Shown here: in pieces, positions 34,686 through 46,445 of the stretch
How the letters are laid out: each line of letters starts with the position of its first letter
Position numbering within the stretch: the first letter of the stretch is position 1
Source of the DNA: Rhodosorus marinus CCMP1338
Taxonomy: Eukaryota; Plantae; Rhodophyta
NCBI GenBank assembly: GCA_029953675.1
Contig: JAMWBK010000008.1
Coordinates: 1,550,001-1,614,000 of the forward strand
Direction: 5' to 3'
DNA length: 64,000 bases
Notes under the pieces: model-generated
What the model saw: the letters and a program-made list of their open reading frames with translations, nothing else
What the model was told of the DNA's origin: nothing
Databases searched by the model: none
Translations under genes and position numbers: made by a program

Positions 34686-36809
34686 GTGACCTACTCGCCG
34701 GATTACGGGTTATTATCTGTAGACTTTAGTAATGCTTTTAATAGTGTCCCTCGACTTGCCATTATGCACGTGGTGCGCCAGGTCTTCCCTGTAAATTTTC
34801 CTTTTGTTAGTAGTCTTTACTCTTTGATGGGTGAAGGGCCAACTTATGACACCCTCCGCCGTTCCTCGCACTTCTTCGAGGCGCGGGGTTCAACCGGGCG
34901 ACCGGTTGGCGCCCTTGTTTCACGCCTGTGGGCTTCAGGTCGTTTTGCTTAGCCTGCGTTTCCTGTTCCATCGCTTCCAGTAAGGTGTCGTCGTCTTCGA
35001 CTAAATGCCTTAGCAACGTCCTAAACAGGCCGTTGACGTTTTTCCATGACAAGCTCTTCACGTTAGGTCGTTTTGCTTAGCCCTCGTTCAGAGTTCCCGG
35101 AGGTCCGCACAGTGGATTACCACTATGACGTCTGCCTCATTCGGCCTCCAGATACCGTCGCGGCGGCGTACGATCGTCTCCGCACACTGGTATCCCTCGT
35201 CGATCTCGAAGTCAATCATGCGAAGTTGTTCTACTGGGGAGGAGCGGATATTCAAGAGCAGGAGGTCCCTGCTCGTTGCCAGGATATTTGGCGTGGAGGG
35301 TGAGTTGTCGCAGATTCTGAGTAAGCACCGGCAGCTGGTCTCGGAGCTACGTCGGCTGCCTCGCGGTTTCTTGCAATGCTCGTTGTTGCTTTATCGATAT
35401 TGTTGCAGGGCAGCGGCTCACCTATTGGCTCCGCTTGCTCCTGACTCACTAGGGCAGGTGGTTGGCAACCCATGGCGACGACGAGAGCTTTGGTGAGCTG
35501 GGATATTTCTTAAATGAGGAGCCCCACCCGTGATATCGTTCGCGCCCAAGTGGGCCTACCCCTCCGTCTAGGCGGTCTAGGCCTCTGTAGCCGAGGCTGC
35601 TATCCAACCAGAGGCTGTGGTTGGGTCTTGGGGCACCGCCCTCCCGACGTTGAGCGCGTTGGGTGTGTCTAGTTTCCAAAATTTGGAGTTCAGTCTTTCC
35701 AGTGATGATCTACACTCTAGTGTCCCTGAAAGTGCCCGTGGTTTGTTTCTCGAGCTGCAATCGGCGACATCATCTTGTACCAGTCTCCCTGCCGACCTCA
35801 TCCACGCCTGGCTGGCGGGCGAGCCGTTTTTTCGCGGGCTCGCGACCCGAACAGCTGCCGGCCCTGTACCTGCCGCGCTTGATACTGTGGTTGCTGAGGA
35901 AAGAGAGGTCATTCGTGATCCTCCTGATGATGGACCGGGCTCTGGGAGTCCAGTCTCCGCACGCACGGATGCGTTGCAAAACACCCTTTCTTGGGACTTG
36001 CACCGTGCTGCCAACCGCCGACTTCTTGCGCAGATGGTCTCATCTTCCCGAGATCGCGCCGCCTGCATAGTTGGAGGGTGTATCAACTCACAGTGGCTCA
36101 TAAGCGTCCCGGCTTTTCCACCATTCACACTGACAGACTTCGAAGTGCGCACTTCTGTACGTTTATACCTCGGTTTGCATCAGCCGTGGCCTTCCTAGAT
36201 GGATTCGTCGTGCCCTCTATTCTCTTAGAACGAAGATACCGCGGATTTTGGCGCCGACCTGCTCGCCAGCTGACCGGCTGTGAAAGGCGCCCGAACCCGA
36301 CGACATTACGCGGATCTTGAACCTGTTGTACCGCGAACTTCGACCTATGGTACGGCAAGCCGGTCTTGAAATTGAACGTGAGAAGCCCCTGCCTGTCGCA
36401 GACTACCAGAATGATGAACGCCGCGTGGCTGACCTCGTGGCCATCCGTGACGATAGCCGCCGTACGACGTCGTTGTCTTGCTGTTCCTAATCCTCAGGCT
36501 AGTCGCTATTTGCCGGCTGCGGGAAAGCGCCGTGGATTTGCCTCTGCCAATATGAGACGTCGCAAGGAGTTGAAATATGCGGGGGCCTTGTCTTCCCCAG
36601 GCATTCGTGCTTCGGCTCTAGCTCATCGCCTGGTACCTCTGGTCATTGAGTGCTTTGGGTTTATGGATTCCGTTGGTTCTCGTTGGCTTCGGGAATTGTT
36701 GCGCGAACGCCCTGACCATCTGTCCTCGTTGTTTACACGCTTAAGTTTCTTGCCGTGGCGCATGAACGCTGCGTTGATGTTGGAGGCGCGCGATCTTCGT
36801 CGCGCTTAG
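34686..36809 (+). mobile_element. 5'-truncated, decayed CRE-like non-LTR retrotransposon (RT + CCHC + restriction-like endonuclease)
   Basis: LLSVDFSNAFNSVPR; GVQPGDRLAPLF; degenerate YxDD (DYHYDV); LEVNHAK; LLLYRYC; LPLRLGGLGL; FEVRTSVRLYLG; broken CCHC (CPLFS*...LLAS*...RRH); RRVADL...PNP...RKELKY...LVPLVIECFG...LSFLPWRMNA. Several stops and frameshifts. Confidence 0.85.
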
Positions 36810-38269
36810 TCTTCTTTTTTCCCCTTAGGGTTTTTCTCTTTAATCCTCCGATTAAACCGATTCATTCAGTTTTGGAGGCGCGCTCTCTATGCCCTTCCTA
36901 GAGTACCCCATTCCGGGACCTTAGCCTCCAATTAAAATGATGATGATGAATGCATGCGACATGGAGAACACACATCCGAACTGGGTAACCGCCCGCACCC
37001 CCGCAGTGAACGGCCAGGATTTTTATCTGCTAGCCGACAATGCATGAACGAGACACAACAAATAGGGCGCGAGACGGATGGTCTTGGTGAGTTCCCCATT
37101 TTCGGCTTCACCGACTCCAAAACAAGAAAACTTTGAATTCGCTGGGTCCTAACATTCTAATTAATATGTTTTAACCATCACCGCCTATATCAACTATATT
37201 TGATAACTAAAATGACACTAAGACAGTTCCGCAAGATGCCAATTAAGTGTAGACCTACAAATAGAACAACAAGATGGGAGCACAAGTCGCTCATCACGTG
37301 TCACCTCCTTTCCATCCATGCCCTCAATAGGGCTTCGCTTAGTAAGGCCTTTTTTATGGATGGCCATTTCTTGGGAATAGCGGAATATAGACCGGAAATC
37401 AGTGGCTTTTCGCGGTGCCAGGAATTTACGTCTACGAACACCTTGGGGTCCAATACAAAAATAGTGTCCTGAACGCCTCCTTCACCACCCACCCAATCAT
37501 GTTCCCGTCAAGAAGCTGGGAGTCCTCCCAAACCTTTCTCAGAAACACGAATCCTGTACAGAAAACGACACACCCAAAACAAACAACTAATTTTTTACTG
37601 CTGTCCGTAGTTTGCGGTCTTGAAAAGAAAATATATTTAGAAGAACAAAACGTTTATTGGTTTTATGAATAAATTTGGGTGTTAGCTGTAGGGCAAAGTT
37701 CCGGTAACTACCCGTGCGAGGGGGGAGGGGCGCACAGCGTTTAGATCCAACAGGAAAAAAACTATATTCTTCGGTCGCCATTGCTTCTTTTCCGGTTTGG
37801 AGACCTCGCTAGCATAGAAGCTGCCGGGTCGAGCTGAGATAACAAACAGAACCACAGAAATCCGCTTGAGGAGTGCAGGTGTCTGTTCGTCAATGAACAG
37901 CATCACATCAGCGCCAATGCGGGAGCCGAGTTTTCCAGACCGATCTGGAGCCCAATGGATAGTTCAAAGCTTGCTCGTCCCGAAGATGATGGTCGGGGGG
38001 ACATCCCTTTCCCCTCTGGACAGCTCCCCCGTGGGGGGGTCTAGGGTACTGAGGGCCCCGAAGGTAATTGTCCGGGATTTCGCTTTGATAGTTAGTTAGC
38101 ACCCCATTCCAAACGTTCCTTCCAACCCCGAACGGAGTCAGACATTACGGCTTCAGCAAAAGAGCAAGGTGCATGGTTTGCAACCCAGGGACGAGAGTTC
38201 TCAAAATGACCTTGCTGACACAAGGAGGTTTCTGGTGTCTGCGTATGTCCCCAACAATCCTATCCGATT

Positions 38270-39050
38270 TCAAAGTTTCGGATCCGCAACATTGATCTGA
38301 GTTTCAAGGAAGTTTATGTTCAGCTGTGTTTCCTCATGGGTCAACTAAGAAACGGAATTACAAGCGCTTCACCACCGGTCTCAACGTTCTTCGACAAAGG
38401 CAGCCTCCCTGCCAGAAGGTTGAGCAGAGTCGTCTTCCCAACACCAGATGAACCCATAATCGCGAGCATCTGCCCGGGCCTCACCTCGCCGTTCCTCGAC
38501 TTCAGAATCGGCTTCGCGTTCTTGCCCTTGACCGCGTAGCTCAAGTCCTTCCACTGCTGGTGAGCATGCTCCAACATCGTGCTCGTCGTCGGCATGCCCG
38601 TCTCCATCGTCCCGTAGCCCATCTCAAGGTGGACAATCTTCTCCGTCGTAATTCCGTTTCAACTGTATCCAAAACGTCAGCCATTGCTCTTATCAATAAA
38701 GTAAAAATCTTCTCACTATTCCTCTCTCTATTTCTCTCTGTCCTTGCTTTGTTGATGTCCTCCTGGCTGATCCAAGCTCCCAAACCCCACCTCCACGCTC
38801 ACTATTTATACTCCTCCAACAACCACGTTGACCTCCACTAGAAAACCTTCACAAGACCGACGCGCCTGCGCATTTCATCATCATCGGAAGTACGGACTTG
38901 AGACCAAAGTTCTGATTTTACTTTGAAAAACAGAACAAGAAACCGCGATGAAACGTTCGTCGTCAATGCAAACCTTCCTTTCTTGCTCAGCCAGTGATCC
39001 ACAACCCAATCCTACCCTCAACAGTCTTGCCCTTAGTGGGACAAAATACC
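38270..39050 (-). pseudogene. ABCG pseudogene (B1): promoter and 5' CDS (ATG 38684) fused to the 3' flank after an internal deletion
   Basis: 38365-38684 is close to 48003-48320 (GKNAKPILKS...GSSGVGKTTLLNLLAGRL), with frame-disrupting changes near the start. The sequence left of 38360 matches the 3' flank of copy B2 (46245-46334). Confidence 0.88.
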
Positions 39051-39865
39051 TGAATGTCCCTCCAGTTTTCTTTTTCAATCTTTTTCAGTCTCCGATTAAT
39101 CAAATTCGTTCACCGTTAGTACTACCATCCAGGGGTACTAACAAATCCATATTTAAGTCAATATTTAAGTGCTGGACCTGATCACACGGGCGAGAACCCT
39201 TTCCAAGCTACGCAAAAAGTTGACTTTCTCAGCTGTTCGGGTGGGTCAGAAAAAGGGTACTTTTGCTTCAATTTGGGACCATCAATGAGACGACCTTGGG
39301 AAATTCACCCTGACTCAGCGAATGTGCTCTATTATTACGTAATACAGGTCCAGAAACCCCAGACCATCCGGAATTCTTTTGTCGGGGGAGGCGACAACCC
39401 TATATGCCTCAGGGCCTGAGGCATTGCGGACGGTGGGGGTGGGGCGGGGGGGTGTGAAGGGCACAGTGACTTGGGAAGGTTGAGGCTGAGGGGGAGGGGT
39501 ACGCAGACTGTGAAGTGCTGCGGTGTCACTATTTACCATGTTGAGAATGGCAACTAAGTAAATCCATAATCGCTGGGCGTGGGTTGGATGCGATACGGGC
39601 CGTTGTAAATCTCTAGACGCGTTTCGCGTTGAAGGGAAGATCGGCACGAGCTCGATCGGCAAAATTCGAGCTGGACTGATCTCAACAAAATCAAAACATT
39701 AATGGTAATCAAAAAGTTATTTCTTTAAAAACAACTATGTACTATATATGACAAGGGTTTCGTTGCCGGAAATCTACAACTACTAAAACAAACGCGAAAT
39801 AATGAGCCCGAGGAGTTCCACGACGGTGCTACGTTCGGTGTGCTCAGCCCGTCCAGCTCCCCAAC

Positions 39866-41758
39866 TTAGCTCTTCTTCGGCTTGTTAATGCGGAGGAATA
39901 AATAGCCCATGCATCGGAGGACAACGGTACACCCAATAAGCCCGCCGTATGCTGCTCCGCGTGAAACGTTTCCGTACCGAGAGAACACGATATCCTGGTT
40001 CACGTCCCCAGTGAACTGAGAGTACATAATAAGAGTGAGCCCGTACTTGATCCAAGACAGGTATTGCAGCCAGCTCAGCCACACCGGTACGAGGTCCAGG
40101 TTAATCAAGAAGCCAGAGAACAGGAACGCTAGGATGATGAACACCGGCACAATCGAAGACGCTATTTGCGCATCTTTCGCGAATGTTGAAACGCAGATTG
40201 TCATGCTCTCCGACGCCCAAGCGATGAGGAATACGATCAAGGTATACTCGAAGAAAGCTCCTGCGTCTACGCGAAATCCAACAATGAAGTAGTTGATCGA
40301 TGTGAATATCAGCACGACAAGAATTGTCCTTGGAATCTCAACAAGGGTTCTCGCGACGAAGTAAGAAGACACTCTGTACATCCTGCTGGCGCGTTCTCGT
40401 AAGACGATCGTCCGTTCCATCGGGAAAACAAACAAGATCGCAAAAGCCCCATTGAAAGATTCGTTGATAGCAACGAAAGCGAGCACTCCAACAAGAGCAT
40501 TCAATCGATCTAGTGTGGGGTCGGCCCAATAGTCGTAGCCTACGTTAATCCAGATCAGTCCTAACAACACGCCCATCACTACGGAGATACCAACTCTAGT
40601 AATGTTCTGCGCTGTGTCCCTCTTCATCAAAATGAAGAACCTCTTAAGCAAATACGCCAGCTCCTTTGTCCAGGAAGAATTGTACTTCGAAAACTTCCCG
40701 TCTTGATTTCCACCAAGTGCATCGGGCTCCTCATAATCGTCAAGCATGCCATCGGTTTCCGATTCCAAGTACGTCGAAGCCAGCATCTCTATCCTCTTGG
40801 TGGTTTCTTCCTCCTTCTCAGTCGTTCTCGAGTCCGCAGAGATCAAGTCGATCATAAAGTCAGCGGGGTTGTACTCCGGAGGACAGGGATGGCCCAGCTT
40901 CGTAAAGTAAGCAACTGCTTCGTTGGCTGGGCCAAAGTACACGACTTCTCCTTTAGAGAGAAGTAGCAGTTGATCGAAAAGTGAGAAGATGTTGGACCTC
41001 GGCTGATGAATCGTGGTGACAATAGTCCTTCCACGTTCCGCTAGGCTCCTCAACGATTGCATCACGTTCAGTGCGTTGAACGAATCCAGACCTGACGTGG
41101 GCTCGTCCAGGAAGATCAGCGATGGACTCGTCACAAGCTCCGTTCCAATGTTCACCCTTCGCTTCTCTCCCCCACTCACTCCCCGAACGCTCTCACCCCC
41201 AATCATCGATTCCTTCACATTCCGGAGGCCCAACTCGTTGATGATCTCATCAACCCTGGTATGGCGCCTCTCTTTTCCAACCTTCATCGGAAGTCTCAGG
41301 TCCGCCGAGAACCGAATCTGCTCCTCAACAGTAAGTGCCTCGAACATGTTGTCACTCTGTTCCACATAAGCCGCGTACTTTCCGAAAGTTTTGAAGTCAC
41401 GCTTGCTACCGTTAACAAGCACCTCACCACCAGTCGCAACGTTCTTCGACGATGACAGCCTCCCGGCAAGAAGGTTGAGCAGTGTCGTCTTCCCCGCACC
41501 TGATGAGCCCATAATCGCAAGCATTTGCCCAGGCTTCACATCGCCGCTCATCGACTTCAGAATCCGCTTCGCGTTCTCGCCCTTGACCGCGTACGTCAAC
41601 CCCTCCCACCGCAGGTGAACAGGCTCCAACATCGTGCTCATCGTTGGTTGGCCCCCTCCATTCTGCCCATAACCCATCCCCATCTCCAGGTCCGCGCCCT
41701 TCCCGTCCACATCCATCTCTTTCACCATCCCGTCAACAGGATCCGCAACATCCGCCAT
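39866..41758 (-). CDS. ABCG half-transporter, copy A2, intronless
   Basis: GSSGAGKTT, VSGGEKRRV, LIFLDEPTSGLD, TIHQP. Start MADVAD (41758); the TATAAA at 41877-41882 lies inside the longer ORF-track extension. Confidence 0.95.
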   Translation of the reverse strand: MADVADPVDGMVKEMDVDGKGADLEMGMGYGQNGGGQPTMSTMLEPVHLRWEGLTYAVKGENAKRILKSMSGDVKPGQMLAIMGSSGAGKTTLLNLLAGRLSSSKNVATGGEVLVNGSKRDFKTFGKYAAYVEQSDNMFEALTVEEQIRFSADLRLPMKVGKERRHTRVDEIINELGLRNVKESMIGGESVRGVSGGEKRRVNIGTELVTSPSLIFLDEPTSGLDSFNALNVMQSLRSLAERGRTIVTTIHQPRSNIFSLFDQLLLLSKGEVVYFGPANEAVAYFTKLGHPCPPEYNPADFMIDLISADSRTTEKEEETTKRIEMLASTYLESETDGMLDDYEEPDALGGNQDGKFSKYNSSWTKELAYLLKRFFILMKRDTAQNITRVGISVVMGVLLGLIWINVGYDYWADPTLDRLNALVGVLAFVAINESFNGAFAILFVFPMERTIVLRERASRMYRVSSYFVARTLVEIPRTILVVLIFTSINYFIVGFRVDAGAFFEYTLIVFLIAWASESMTICVSTFAKDAQIASSIVPVFIILAFLFSGFLINLDLVPVWLSWLQYLSWIKYGLTLIMYSQFTGDVNQDIVFSRYGNVSRGAAYGGLIGCTVVLRCMGYLFLRINKPKKS

Positions 41759-44594
41759 AGCTCTATTCAGTTTAGTACCCAAACACTTCCAACGCAACAG
41801 ATTCCTTTGCCAGCAATCGCTTCCTTTGCCAGGCATCGCTTCCTTTGCACCCACCTCACCTGGAGACAACTCAGTATTTATAGTCTTCCAAAGACGAGCC
41901 CAATTCACAAGTTACAGACGTAGCAATGGTTTTGGCCCCCCCCCGGAGGGTGTACCAATGGCCAAGTTTGTGGCCCTCAAGCCAAAAAAAAATAATTTGA
42001 GTCTCGAAAAGACAAAAAAAAAACACGTAAGAGCTCTCAATGTTCTCTACGTCATACTGACGATAAAAAAAAAAGTGAATATAAAAAGCCCGGAAGAGAA
42101 ATTTTGTTAGTTTTGTTTTTCTAAAAAACAAACTACCTTCCCTTCCGTTTCATTGGTCACCGATGACAATACAGTAATCGTTTTATAAAGAATTCCAACC
42201 GATCTTAAGGAAGATAGGAAATATTTTGAATAAAACATGAAATCCTTTTTTTGCGCAGCCAGTACGACCCGCAAAACAAACATTGGACATTGGGTTCTAT
42301 TGGCCCCGAAAACTGAGTTAGTTCATCTACACATACGGACTGAGGTAAGTCCACAAAAAATTCCCCCCCCCGTGCACAGCCAGGATTTATTTGCCATCAG
42401 ACAATGTATGAAACGAGATCGAACAAAGAGGGTTACAGGACCGGATGGTCTTAAGTGAATACCCCATTTTAGGCTGCCAGGGCTCCACAACAAAGAACTG
42501 TACTAACCATCTAAATAATATGTTTAACTATCACTGTCTAAATCTTCAATATTTGATCATAAAATTCATAATTTAGGGTCTCGGTAGATGACAATTAAGT
42601 GTGGAGTTGCAGATAGTACATCATGAGAAAAGTACAAGTTGTTCTCAAGGCTTCCCCCCTCCTCCCTTTGCCACCCCCTTTCCCAAAATTCTCAATAGGG
42701 TTTGGTTAGCACAGCCGTTTTTCTTGAATGGGCCCTTCCTTAGGAATAGCCGAATTTAGAGGAGAAATCGAGGTTGGGTGGGAGGTGTCCCAGCGTCAGA
42801 AATTTATCTCCACAAAATTTCATTTTGGGAGCCCAATATAAATAATAAAATTGCAATGAACCCGTCTTTTTCTTTTCTTTGACGAAGAGACCTCTTCCAC
42901 CACGTAAAAAAGATTCATTGCGAGCGCTTGGGCCGATCCAAAAAGAATAAAATTCAATATATTTTCAGCTTTTCGCATTCTTTATCCAATAATAGAACGC
43001 CACGCGGCTCTATCATTTTCTCGTGAAGCAGCGGGAAAAAAACAACAACTAAATCTTCAAAGTCTTTTTTCACTCGTTTCAAGTGATTACGGACTCGTCT
43101 TGAAAAGAAAATATATTTATAGGAGGCGTATTTATTAGTTTTGTGAATAAATTAGTCAAGGGTAAGGTGTGTTGACAACCATTTTGCACCTCCCGACCTC
43201 GAATATGTGAATTAGTATTTGAAAAACTTATTTTTCTTTTGAGGCTGGTGATCTTGATGGGATTTTGGTGGACTTTGAAAATATATTGTAAAAGTGGTTG
43301 TTTTGGCTGGATTTTTTTTGGACGGCTGTAGAATGCTGTCCTTGTTTGATGAGTTTAATTGGTGTTCTTCTGAGGGAAAGGAGGGCTGACCGCAAAAGTG
43401 TGCTTTCGCTACCAACAAACAACCCGCGAGCAGAGATTTCGTTTGAATTGAATACCAGTGCTATTGAGTCATGACCATGTTGCCATCCGGCTTGTGGCTG
43501 TTGGTCATAGAAAAGTTCATTGCAGCTCGCGAGCTGTGGGGACAGCGGTTAGATCCAACAGAGCTCGCCATTGCTTCTCTCAACTGTCTCGGTTTGGAGG
43601 CCTTGCTAATTGAAGCTGGCGGAGCCTGAGTTCAATATTCCAGAACTAACAGAAGCGCAACAATCCGTTGAGTGCGGGCGTCTGTACGACAATGGACGCC
43701 ATCACATCAGCGCGAATGTGGGAGTCGCGTTTTCCAGACCGTTCTGGAAACCCCAGGGATAGGTCAAAGCTTGCTCGTCCCGAATATGGTTGAGAACTCT
43801 TGTCCTGGAGTTTGAGTTCTTCGTTTGTCGGGGGAGATGTTTGCAAAGCCCAAAAACCACGAAGGCTTTTCTCATGATGTACTATCTGTAACTCCACACT
43901 TAATTGTAGGGGCTATCGTTTTGATAATTCGATAGCACGCCATTCGAAAACGTACCTTCCAACCATGAGCGGAGTCACACATTACCGCTTCAGCAAACGA
44001 GTAATGTGCATGCGGGTGAGCAATACACCACGGGGTCCCAAAATTCATTTTCCGGCTAAGCTATACACACTGAAGTCGCTCCGACTGGCACCAACGCCAG
44101 GTCCAAAAGCGACGGGTCTCAAATTCTCGCCTCCATGTCAACAAAAATCCAGTTCTGCCTTACGCGATTGGCATATAGTGGCGCTCCAGCTGCGAGGGGG
44201 CTACTTTCTCCGCTCTCCTGATCTTCCGTTCCTACCGTGTTACTCTGTGCAGGGGAAAATTACAGACTCAGCGGACGTCCCTCCGCCTTGTCGTACGGAG
44301 TTCTTCCATCCCTAGTCTCCCAATCTCCCTACTCTCGGAATTGTGACTAGCCGGGGAAATTCTAGATCTTGACATAGTATTCACTATTTATGGATACCGT
44401 GCAAACCATTCTCAGCAAAATCTAGCTTATTTCTCCTACTTGCCTTCAATTTTCAGCCAAAATTAAGTAAATTGAAACTGCTAACCAAATCAACGTACAT
44501 TAGTTCAATCGTGCGCAAAAGAAAGTATAGCTTTCTACAAAACTAGAGCAATTACGAATTGTTAGGGAGTTCTTGACTTAAATTGACATGAACG

Positions 44595-44800
44595 CAGCCC
44601 AACAGGCTCCTTTCGGGATGGGCGAAACGGCGTCCAGGCTGCTGGAGCTTTCCACCGTCGGTCTAATGAGAACCAAGCGGATTTGCTTTCGCAGCGATGG
44701 GTTTGTCTTCGTGACCTACTTAAGCTACTGGTAGCTAACAGCAAATTGACCAAAAGGAAGAACACGACGCGAACCTAGCGGCCCTTAGCGGTGATGCTGT
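44595..44800 (+). mobile_element. Possible Ty3/gypsy RT remnant
   Basis: QAPFGM resembles (M)PFGL; VTYL...LLV...KEEHDANL resembles YxDDILV...EEH..L, across frameshifts. The catalytic DD is not seen. Confidence 0.3.
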
Positions 44801-45720
44801 TGGCCCCACCAGTTTAGCTTGTGTAGCAATCCATCCATCTGAATCGAGTTTGCGCAAGTGCCGCTAGAGGAAGAGGACGGAGTTAGCTCCATAATCAGCG
44901 GGCCCATCTGATCGATACAGATTCGCTGAACCTTTCCGGGTGTGCAAAGCGAATCCATAACAATCTAATTTCTGAAGTAAAAATGAGTATTTTGAGACGC
45001 AACATATTCTCTGTCGGTGGGGGCGCGGAGGAGGTGGCTTTGGGAGGGCTCAGACTGTGCTAAGCTGGTTCCAACGCTAGAAATCGTGACTGAGGTTGAT
45101 CATGACAGACCAGGAGAGGGCATCCCCACCTTGCCAAGACATTTTCGTACCAAAGAAGTGAAGCCTTTGCCTCTAAAGCGAAAATGCGCTCTGTCAGAGG
45201 GCTATCGGTTGACTTCTAAGGAGAACGTGAACTTGCTTCCCTTAGGAAGCATACATTAGCGGAAGCCCAAGACATGTTATGCTCCTCAACAAATACCCTA
45301 AAGCACGTGGTTCCAGCGGTCTCATGTAAATCGGGGGCTAAAAGAAGGAGCGAAGGATAGGGTATTCGGCACCATCCGCCTCGATCGCTTGCTGCACTAT
45401 GTGTGTAACAGAATCCGGTTGAACTATACGCTGGTTGATCCTCTTCACAGTGCAAAGTTCTTTCAGGCAGACCCGCCATTGCAAAATATATCCTAAATTC
45501 TAATTTCAGTTCATGAAATGATATCAAGCCACGCGTCCTTCTCCTCACAGTGTCCGTAATGGGCCTACAGTCAACTTTAATGAAGCGGCTGCGATGGCAC
45601 TTGAGCACGAAAACGATTTAGTGGGCTACCTTTTGAAGAAATTCAGTGTGAGCGAATGTAGAAAGCACGAGATACCTTCCCTCCGGTGCTAAAGCGCTTT
45701 TGACGGGAATGTTTTCGCAT

Positions 45721-45757
45721 TCACCACGGCGGTAGTTTGAAACTACCGCCGTGGTGA
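45721..45757. repeat. Perfect 37-bp palindrome (18-bp arms, 1-nt spacer)
   Basis: tcaccacggcggtagttt-g-aaactaccgccgtggtga. Confidence 0.95.
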
Positions 45758-46445
45758 TCATTTGCTTCTGAAGCAGGATGCAAGGTAGACGCCAGACGAT
45801 GAGCGGAAAAACAAAGACAGAAAAAGGAAGCTGGTAGCGCGGAGATCAAGCGTCTAGCACAGAAGTCGAGCACTTCCTTTTCCCCAACACGAAACCGGTA
45901 CCTACTAAAGCGCTGCCAGTTGTTTAAAAAGAAGCCTAGGTCCACACCACAGGATCGGTAAGCAGGAGCTTTACGGTCAGGAACGGGAACGGAATGATGG
46001 GTTAACACTTGCAACACTAAAGCCAACGGGGTAGCCTACGGGATCCGTCTTTCGATTGTACCTTTCTATGAGGCTGTCTAAAGCACGCACATTAATGAGA
46101 CCCATCCAACTCGGGATCCATGAACATCTCTCCATAGAGGCTGGAAGCATTCGCCCACAAGCCCATTTGATCCCAAGTGCTAATGATCTTAGACGCCCAA
46201 ACAGGTTTCCGGTGTCTGGGTATACGCTACTATCCGAGTTCAGAGTTTCCGATTGACAACTTTGATATGAATTTCAACTAAGTTTATGTTCAGCTATGGT
46301 TCCTCAAGGGTAAACTAAGAAACCGATTTACAAGGTTTGCACAGATCGACTATCGGAAAGGAAATCCGTACCTACAATAATGAGAATAATGACGAAGCGC
46401 CGTTATTTAGCTCCGTTTGACTGCCTTTTCAGGATGTGGAGGACT

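Noticed and set aside
41759-41908. N-terminal extensions of the ABCG ORFs given by the ORF track (also 32089-32142, 48321-48437)
   Set aside because: A TATAAA lies ~114-121 bp upstream of the aligned internal ATG in all four copies, inside or next to the extensions.
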